A DNA stretch of 64,000 nucleotides, from assembly GCA_043228905.1 (NCBI GenBank), contig JBHGNT010000003.1, forward strand, positions 4,092,001 through 4,156,000, written 5' to 3'. The notes under the pieces were generated by a model. That model saw nothing but the letters and a program-made list of their open reading frames with translations. It had not been told where the DNA came from and did not search any database. Positions 1 through 8,943 of this stretch are shown here, in pieces. The stretch's first letter is position 1; each line of letters starts with the position of its first letter. Origin of the DNA: Azolla caroliniana. Lineage: Eukaryota > Plantae > Polypodiophyta. The position numbers were made by a program, and so were the translations under genes.

Positions 1-2806
1 TCATGGTTATTTTTATTTTTTACATCATTTAGGGTTTCTTTTCATTTACATTTGATCACATGGTTCCATATTCTAACATGACAAGAGACTTAATTGTTTC
101 ATTTTTCAAATGTATCATATAAATGCATTGTTATAATTTCACCATCAATATGATGAAATGTTGAATTAGAAACAACATTTTTGTATTTTCTTTCAACTCA
201 TTTTCATTGTTTTCCACCAAACAAAACTAAGCTCATAGCAACACAAAATATGTTTGCTCAAGCATTGATTATCTCACATACTTAGTTACAACACAAGGTA
301 CGATTATCTTGAGCACTTAAGTATTCATGTTTACATATGTAGGAATGCAATTATTTCGAGCACATAGATGTGGATACACATCATGGGTTTGTTATTTTCC
401 TATTCGATGCCGACAATGATAATATTACGTAGTAGAGATTAGTGAAGCATTGTAAGCATAAATATAATCAACATGAGGACATGCCATTATAGCCAATAAT
501 ACCATGTATGTATGTATGCCTGCATATTCTAAATGTTTGAATTCTTCCACGTGATCCTTCGGAATGTGGAAATCATGTTTGAATATGGAACCATTTGTTT
601 CTCATATGCCATATTCTAAATGTTTGAATTCTTCCACTCTACATCGGTATCTTATTAAGAGACTAGGTTCTTAAATATGGTTGTAGACATACTATAGGCT
701 TTGTAATCAAAGTAGGATTTGAAATTTGATATATTTTAAAAATTTTAATATGCAATGTATTTGAATCACCATAATTAACATGTTTGTGTGGTCTCTAATT
801 TCATGGGCTTCTTTTGTATCCCTTTTTTTTCTTGCTTCTCATATGCCATATTCGAAATGCTATTAGAGACACCTTGCATGTTCCACATTTCACAATTGAA
901 TATTTCATATGTTATTATATATGGGCTTGTTTCCTTCCAATTATTTAGCTATATAAATAAAAATTTGTTGCATGGATTATGAAATTTGAACTTGAATGCA
1001 AAGGACATATTGGTGGTTATTGAAATGGCATGTGGTTTGTACAGATGGCTAGTCGGTCCAAGACCTTCATAGACTTTGATACGGATTGGGGTGAAACAAT
1101 ACCCTATGAAGGGAGGTGTGGCCTGAATCATTTCTCAACTATATATTGTGTATAAATAGTGATGTTTGTGTGCTAACTTGAATGATGGTTTAGGGTTTTT
1201 GTGAGAAAGGGTGCTAGGTGCCCTAAATCCAACGATATGGATAGTGAAAACATCATTACTGAAAAGTGTATGAATGACTCGAACATGGATACGAACCCCA
1301 TACATGATGTGGGGCCATTTATTGAAGATGTCAAACTAAATAGTGAGTTGATGTACATTCTTGTAATCATTACTGAAGTAAGTATCTATTTGGATTTTCT
1401 AATGCAAATGTCACGCCAATGTTGTAGTGGACCCTATGTCCCTCTTCAAGTGTGGAAGAGACTCAACAGGTATCAAATGTTGCACATGTATCGTTGGAGA
1501 TTCATGTAGAGTGATTTTGTTTAGAGATGGAGTTTTAATTTTTCGTTTTTTGTTTTTTGTATGCAATGGATTTTGTTTAGAGGATATGATTAATCGACAA
1601 CATGAGTAATGCAATGGATTTACTTATGATATACTCTAAGGGTGATGATCTACTTATGTATAACTGATGATGATGTATATGGATTTTGTAATATCAAAAT
1701 CAATATTTGAATCTCATTTTGGTTGTATATCAAATGTGGAGTCAGATCTGTTTTTAGTTCTATTTTAGTTCTTTTCAAAATCAATATTTGAATCTCATTT
1801 TAGTTCTATTTGGTGTTCTTTGATAGGAAAGTCCAATCACTTGTGGCTTCATATATTTGCCTTTATTAAACATTAAACTGAGTAAGATCTTGAGGAGTTT
1901 GAGACATTGGATTAAGCCTTCTATTTGATTATCACTTTATTTATACTTAGTCCATGATACATATTGTTAATATAGTCTCATAGGTTATCAATCTCTATGC
2001 ATAAAAAATGCCTCTAGATCTCCAATGACATTAAGTTTCAAGTTTCCAATAAGGTTTAATGTTGAAAATTGAAATCCTCAAAAATCAATGTTCTTATATG
2101 AATAGCCATTGATTTACTATATGGATTTGTGTGTGTTAACCACTGATTTTCTGTTCAATGCTAAAAAAGGGTCAGAATTCAATCTTATAGACAATCCTAG
2201 AAGAATACTAATATATGAGTTCAATACATGCTAAACTTGTCCTATTATCATGAGATATTATAGTTGAGTAATGGTATAAAAGAATGAAACACTTCTATTG
2301 AATTCCGGTGTTAAGAGAGAATGGAGTAGAATAGAATCGATTCTTATTTTCCATTCAGCAAATTTCGACCTATGGGAGCAATTAAACATGTCATCATGTA
2401 TGTGATCCCTTGTGAAGGGGGTTTGCTATTTTGTAGTTAAAACTTGTGTGAAGGCAATTAATGTGCTTATATGCTCATCCTTTTTGGTGGGATTTGAGTA
2501 TCATGCTTCTCTAGTATGGCATCATGCTTATTGCATCCGATGAGCATGTGAGAATGATATTCACCATCCACAAGGTTTTCTATGCATACCTTGTATATAT
2601 TTAGACTAGGGTAGTATTGTATTGATACTCGTACTTTAGAGGGATGTATGTATGGAAATTTATTTTTACATGCTAATATGAAATCTTTCATTTGGAATTG
2701 AAATGTTATAGGTGCCACTATTTCAGGTACTCTTTTAGTAGTTATTATTTTCTGTCTATTTAACCTTGGAAATTCCAAGTGGTGTCCAATGCTTCCTACA
2801 AGTTTG

Positions 2807-3180
2807 AAAATGTGAATGTGCTATTGTGTCATTTCTTCTTGTGTTGGTTGACGATCCATAGATAGTAAGTAGTATTCCATGGTAGAAAGTCAAAGAACCA
2901 AGAAAATGCCCAAATTATGAAACCTAACTTTACATGGAACATGAGTGAATTGCATACTATTGTGAATAGATTGAATGAGTGAGTTTAAAAATGTGAATGT
3001 GTCATTGTGTCATTTCTTCTTGTGTTGGCTCAGGATCCATAGGTAGAGTATTCATGGTATAAAGTCAAAGAATCAAGAAAAAGCCCAAATTACGAGAGTT
3101 AACTTTACTTGGAACATGAGTTAGTTGCATATTAAAGTGACAATCAACATAGCCCAAATGGTAGGAGCTAACTTTACTTG
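2807..3180. repeat. Imperfect ~180-bp direct duplication
   Basis: AAAATGTGAATGTG..ATTGTGTCATTTCTTCTTGTGTTGG..GATCCATAG occurs at ~2807 and ~2987. A partial third copy (GCCCAAAT..TAACTTTACTTG) lies near 3152. Confidence 0.7.
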
Positions 3181-3188
3181 AACACAAA

Positions 3189-4079
3189 TGTTAAGGGCAG
3201 GATGTAGATTAGAAGGAACATAGGGTAAAAGATCTACAATTGCATCATGGTGTAACCTGTAAAGGCGAGAATTCAATACCACTATTACGACCCCTTAAAT
3301 GTAAATGAAGTGTAAAGTGACTAACCAAATGTTGAAAGCCTAACAAAGAAAGAAATCAAAGAAGAAAAAAAACCAAAGAGAAAGAATTCAAACAAGAAAA
3401 GGATTTGAACCATAAACCTAACAAACTTAGAAATAACTTTAACCACTACACTATTTAGTTTTACTTTATTGTTTTTTTTCTATTGCTTTTATGTTTTTGA
3501 GACCCAGGCTCCTAACCAGAGTTGGTTGAGCTCCTGGTGATAGAGGCTGTCAGACAGCGGGGCTCCTTTTGACAAAGTCAGGCTCGTAGTGTTAAAGGTT
3601 GTTAGACAACGGGGCTCCTTATGACAAAGTCGGGCTCGTAGTGTTAAAGGTTATTAGACAACGGGGCTCCTTATGACAGAGTCGGGCTCCTGGTGTTAAA
3701 GACTGTCAGTCAACGGGGCTCCTTATGACAGAGTCAGGCTCTTAATGGTAGTTGTCAGAGAGTCAGGCTCCTGGTGACAGACGTTGTCAGCTTTTTATCC
3801 TAATTGGACGGTGGAGATCACACACGCCATCAGTTGAGCGACCTACACCGTCCACGCCTGCGATTCCCTCACTTGCCCTCTTTAATTTTTGGTAGCAGTT
3901 AGACACGAGCCATATATAGACAGACATGCATGCATAATTACATACATACATACATTATAGATTGACATATTCGCATTCGAATGCAAACGTTCATTCTTCT
4001 CTTAGTATTTCGTTCCTTTCTTCTCGTGTTCTCTAATATCCTTCTTCCATCACTCTATCTTTTATCCTTGGTTCTAACA
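3189..4079 (+). repeat. 5' LTR of the gypsy element
   Basis: Ends are TGTTA...TAACA. TATA-like ATATATAG at ~3912 and a pyrimidine-rich U5 are followed directly by a PBS-like tract and the gag ATG. The left boundary is less certain than the right. Confidence 0.65.
3549..3790 (+). repeat. 52-bp tandem repeat (~4.5 copies) inside the LTR U3
   Basis: Unit GT(T/C)AGACAACGGGGCTCCTTATGACA(A/G)AGTC(G/A)GGCTC(G/C)T(A/G)GTGTTAAAG recurs at ~3549, 3601, 3653 and 3705. Confidence 0.9.
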
Positions 4080-4088
4080 GTTTGATTC

Positions 4089-4132
<44 letters not shown>

Positions 4133-4210
4133 CCTCCTTTGCAACAATCCTGAAACCATGGCTGCCATTAACTCAGAAGAATATCTCACCCTTGTTGCAA
4201 AAATGGAGAA

Positions 4211-4243
4211 AACACCGAGTCATTTGAAACAGGTAATATGTCG
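4211..4243 (+). repeat. Left terminal inverted repeat (33 bp)
   Basis: 32/33 identity to the reverse complement of 11893-11925. Confidence 0.95.
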
Positions 4244-4973
4244 TATTCTCTTTTGGCATAGTTGGCCAGATGTAGAAAAGTACCCTATTTTAGCCCGATA
4301 TTGAAAATATACGATGCATGCGTACCCCTTTTGCGACTTGATGGTTAAATATAGAACAAAAAACACCTAGCAATTACTAAATTGTATATGTGTCCACACT
4401 CGTGTCAATTTGCATATCATGGAGCACAATTGAAGACTTGGTTCAATATAAAGTTCTAAAATTGGTATCCATATTCAAATTGTAGAGTAAAACTACATAA
4501 ACCGTAATTATAAATATGTGGTTTTGGGTTTAGGAATAAAGTAGTACCCCACTTGTTGGACGGGTATATCAATAGTTTCATTGTATAATGTCATATAGTT
4601 CATGACAATGTAATTGGTAAGAGTAACAAGTACATACGACATTCATTTATACTATGTGGAACCAGTAGACTTGAACCGTAGGTAACTAAAAACCTCTTAT
4701 TATCAAAAACATCCGCCTTCTCATATACAGGCATGCTAACGGAAATGAGAAATTACAATATCATGTTAATATCTCAAACTGAAGAAGAGCATGGTGACCA
4801 ATTATATGTAAATACAAACTACGATTCCAATAATGATTAAAAAGGGAAATTATGAACAGGTGAATTTAATTAAACGATAAACAATTACATATGTTCTCAT
4901 ATACAAATATAATATGAAGTGATGGTAAACATTATGCCTCAAAATCCTCAATTTTTACATTACGCCATCTACA

Positions 4974-7900
4974 TCAATCTATAAGCAAATCAGGCAGAGC
5001 AGGCTCCTGTAGCGCTGATTGTTCTAGACTGTTTTCATTCGTGTCATCTCCAAGCTCTCCCGAATCTGATGTATGGTCAAACTGTGCTACATCTTCCAGG
5101 TCCACCAGCTCCCCTGCTTCTTCATCAATTGGTTCCATTGGTTCTCGTGAAGTCATCTGGAACATCTCTGTCTCGTTGATGTGTTTTGCTCCGACTTCTT
5201 GATCCTGATCTGGACAGTCCCAGATTCCTGTGATCCTCATTTTGATGAAGTTAACTTGAGCAGGGTCCTTCTCCAATGCAACACAGTTTCTAAACATCTT
5301 CAATGCACAAGCTGTCGTTGTACCTAATGGTCGCATGAACACAAACAAGTATATATAAGAAGTAACGTCTTAAACTTGATCGACAGGATTGAAATTAAAT
5401 ATATATATTATACCTGTGCCAGAGAACAAGTCTAGGACCCAATCATCTGGATTCGAGAAGAGCTCTATGAGGCGGTTGATCAATCTTTGAGGTTTTTGAT
5501 AAGGGTTCACCATACTTTTATCCCCTGACACATGTCTTAATTTTTTGGTTACAGCTGGGCACATGATGTAGTTAATCACGTTACGCTCATTGACATGTGT
5601 TCTAGCCTTCTTCTTTGTAATTGAATCATAGTAGCCCACACAAAAATGTTCGACCGCACTAACCATTCGATCGCCAGGGCTACGTGTAATATTTGTTTTG
5701 ATCCTATAGAGAAAGAAAATCAAGTATTAGAGGTGTAAATGTGTACATATAATAAGAAGTACTGTAATGAGTAAAAGCGAACTATAACGCACCAATGCAT
5801 GTGTTCAGTGGCATGACAACGGGACTTCAAAGCTGTTGTGACTGACAGTGATTGCCCCATGCTATGAAATATGACTATCCTCTACAAGGGGGCCAATGTC
5901 AGTTCTGCGAAATCCTTTACCATTTTCTCGATCTGAGGGTACTTGAAAGGCACATCATCATATGTTGATCCCGCAATACGGAAACCATATGGTATGTCAG
6001 CTATCAGCAAAGTGTAGTGCTTTCTCGGTAACAGTTCGAGCATCTAGGATACTTCGCCATTGAAAACACTATAATGAAGCTATTTGAAAGGATTGGACCT
6101 ATGCAAAAAACTCTTTACAGTCTCCGAATCCTCGGGCAGTTCCATTTCCTTCCCTTTGGTCATTCTCTTCTCATATTTCACACGTTCTAAGTGCGTGATG
6201 AAGGCCGTTGGAATACCGTCATTATTGTCGTTGTTCTTTTTCGATTTTGATGGTTTCTGCAAGTGTCAATGTTGTTAGCAGGGAACATTAGTTTCTAACA
6301 TATTAACATTCAAAAGACACATACCCATTCTCTAAATACAATAAAATATTCCTCCAATGCCTTGTAGGAAGAAGTTATCGGGCAGGCTTGTTCAACTTCT
6401 TCCCATGTCGGTAAACTCAGTTTTTGCATCATCAACTTCTGAATCTTCATGTATACCTTGTGACTGCACAATCAATATGAAATTAGAAATAAGATATTCA
6501 AAATAATTGAAGACTTTCATGAAAAGGTATACTATAAACACTTACTTTTGCAAGTCTGTTACCATCTCGTCCAAACTAAATTCCTTGGCGACCACTCGAG
6601 ATAGCACGGATATTAACAATCTATCATCTTTGATACCTTGTAATGATCTCCAAGGTAAAAGTTTCATGTCCTCTACTAACTCCTCGATTACCAAGTCGCT
6701 TTTTCCCTTGGTCTTTGATTTGATCTCAACTTGTGGATCAATTCTTCCCTTTTTTTATCTTTGCCCCTTGACTTCTTTCTGCTCCCACATAGAGAATATT
6801 TTGTCTTGGAGATCCCACACCTCTCCGATCCGAAAAGCGAGTTGAAACCAAGAAACATATTTTGGGAGACCTTCGGATTTGGTACTCTCATCCACTGCAA
6901 TCCCTACTTCCAATAAACACTGGCGTCGCAATCCAGGCCACAATCTTGGACCAAAACGATTCAAGGCATCCAGGTATTCATGATGAAAAAATCTTATCCT
7001 CTCTATACATGACATCTTTTGCCTATAATCGTTGTCATTGTTATGGTCCCATGCGAGCAGCTTCGCCTCCTCGTGAGTTAGTCCTGCATATACCTTACAT
7101 TCGGCGTACTTGATGAACGGCGTGAGAGGATATTCTTTGACAAGCTATCGTCGAGCTTCGGCCGAATGTGATCCTCCGATTACATAGTATGTGTAATCGT
7201 CTACAGAGCTATACTTGAAATCTGCTACTCTTGGGCATTGTTCTTGATCAACCATTACCAAAAATGGCACCACAGTAGCGTGAGGATTGATTTTCATTTT
7301 GCTTTTCAGGTTTTGCACATGGACGGAGTGCGGCTCCCTAATTTCCAGGGGATGTCTTCCAGTTACAGGGTCAATGGGGGGCTTTGGATAGAAGTAATGG
7401 GCAAATGAAATAGCTGGCCCCTGTGCACAAGTTTAGTCTTCACAATATTTTCTCTTATTTTATTTTGTTCTAACGTCAGGACACCAGAAGATAGTTGTCC
7501 ACCTGGAGCCACGACGTCGACTTGTTGGCCGTCTTCTTCTTCCACGAACTCTAATATTTCTTCTTCTTCTTCTTCGGGTCGTGGTCGTTTAGTATATTTC
7601 TTTTGAACAGGATTTGTCTTCCTAGACTTTTTCGGTGGAGTTTCTGCTTCACCGGTCATCATCTCTCTTGTCACGTACGGCCGAAGAGCTACCAACAAGT
7701 TATTTTTCGTTTGCAGGTCTTTACGCAAAGCCTTGGGATTGCAAGATTCGGGTATTAGGTTTCCCTCGTCAAGTCGCAATCGCCTGTTGCCAACTGAGCT
7801 CAAGACGTCAATTAAAATACTTGTAGAGTCAATGTCCTCGTACTCTAGCTTGGTTACATGCCCGTAATTAAATGTTTTTCCAAGCTGAAGTTTCCCTTCC

Positions 7901-8647
7901 CCGTCTGATTTTGTTGTTATCAATAACAGCACCCCATCCTCCTCGACATAGGAGAGACACCATTCAAGTTCGGGGTAATCCTTATATTTCACCTCAACCG
8001 TTTTCTCCTCTTGCGTACTACCTTTGTTGATTTTGGTAGTAGCCACAGATGACTTGGATCCTCCTTCCCCTGTTGAGTCAAATAAAATCTTTTTACTCGT
8101 GTCCTTGATGAAGGAGCCAGAATCTCGTTTTGTCGGAGATCGAATCTTCAATCTAAATGAAGGAACTTTTTGTTTGGGTTCACTGAAATTAAAAACATTG
8201 GTGAAAACATAGAAACAACGTACAATTTTATCTAAATCACGCAAATTATCATCTAAATTACGTCAAATTTATGGTCCCATGCAATAGTTTTTTATCGCAA
8301 AACCAACATTTTTTTCAACGCAAATCTGTTGCACTGCATCGGATTTGCGTTGAAAGTCATGCCTTTCAACCAAAATCCGTTGCACTGCATCAGATTTTGG
8401 TTGAAGGTCCTGCCTTTCAACGAAAATCCGATGCACTGCATCGGATTTGCATGACTTTCAACCAAAATCCGATGCAGTGCAACGGATTTTCGTTGAAGGT
8501 CCTGCCTTTCAGAATTGCTTTCCAAGTTCGTTGTACAAAAAAAATAAAATTCTATGTGTTGAGGGAAGGAATCTTTAAGGAATCTTTAGGAATCTTAAAA
8601 AATGTAAAGAATATTACTAACCAGACGATTTTCTTTCCCTTGTTCAT
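4974..8647 (-). pseudogene. Spliced ParB/Srx-like domain + beta-class N6-adenine/N4-cytosine DNA methyltransferase fusion gene (~970 aa reconstructed), disabled in this copy
   Basis: Phase-consistent GT-AG exons: 8647-8622, 8182-6546, 6463-6325, 6256-5793, 5703-5414, 5323-4974. ParB-like YVIGGSHSAEARR..EAKLLAWDHN; catalytic motif IV LLIADIPYG (DIPY at 5998-5987); WIKTN..E; NPYQKPQRLINRLIELFSNPDDWVLDLFSGT|GTT (motif I FxGxG); RNCVALEKD. Lesions: a frameshift at ~7378 and stops at 7147, 6757, 6082, 6046 and 5884. Confidence 0.88.
8313..8511. repeat. Array of four ~43-bp palindromes with ~51-bp period, inside predicted intron 1 of the ParB-MTase gene
   Basis: TTTCAACGCAAATCTGTTGCA-C-TGCATCGGATTTGCGTTGAAA at 8313, with variants at 8364, 8415 (truncated) and 8456. 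Units are linked by GTC(A/C)TGCC. Confidence 0.92.
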
Positions 8648-8943
8648 GATTCGTGCCGGAGGTAGTGCTGTCAACGATGTGCTTCTGAGTGCTCGAAAAT
8701 TGGCCTGTGCTCTGAGCTCGATGGATTCTTTCACGTGATAATGAAAATGAAATTTCTAACCTCCTTATATAGAAGACTTTAGCATTCCTTTTAAAATAAA
8801 AAATAATTTTTAATTATTGTTTTTTAGAAAAATGTCGGAAAATAATATAGTTAATCTAAGTGTTCGGGTAGTTATATAGTTAGGCTTTAGCATTCCTTAA
8901 TTTTCTCAAAAGAAGGTTTTAGAATACAGTTAGACTCCCTCAA
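8648..8943. promoter_or_regulatory. Putative compact bidirectional promoter between the MTase and transposase genes
   Basis: ~300 bp of AT-rich DNA between divergent ATGs (8647 on -, 8944 on +). TATATAA on - at ~8765-8771, TATATA on + at ~8873-8878, and CTTTAGCATTCCTT repeated at ~8777 and ~8885. Confidence 0.5.

Noticed and set aside
3401-3453. Functional tRNA gene (also 16719-16773, 17108-17162, 29177-29230)
   Set aside because: Only the A/B boxes are retained; I could not form convincing acceptor or anticodon stems.
4270-4560. Repeated GTACCC hexamers inside the left transposon arm as transposase-binding sites
   Set aside because: There are only three short copies and no clear mirror set in the right arm, which is not distinguishable from chance.
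8313-8511. CRISPR-like array
   Set aside because: The linkers are only ~8 bp and nearly constant, there are no unique spacers or cas genes, and the context is eukaryotic.
4974-8647. Bacterial contamination as the source of the methyltransferase
   Set aside because: The gene has five phase-consistent GT-AG introns and lies inside a TIR element inserted, with a TSD, into a plant retrotransposon gag.
8271-8738. ORFs 8271-8738 (+) and 8292-8525 (-)
   Set aside because: They are by-products of the 51-bp palindromic repeat, whose period is a multiple of 3. Only 8647-8622 is used, as a predicted exon.
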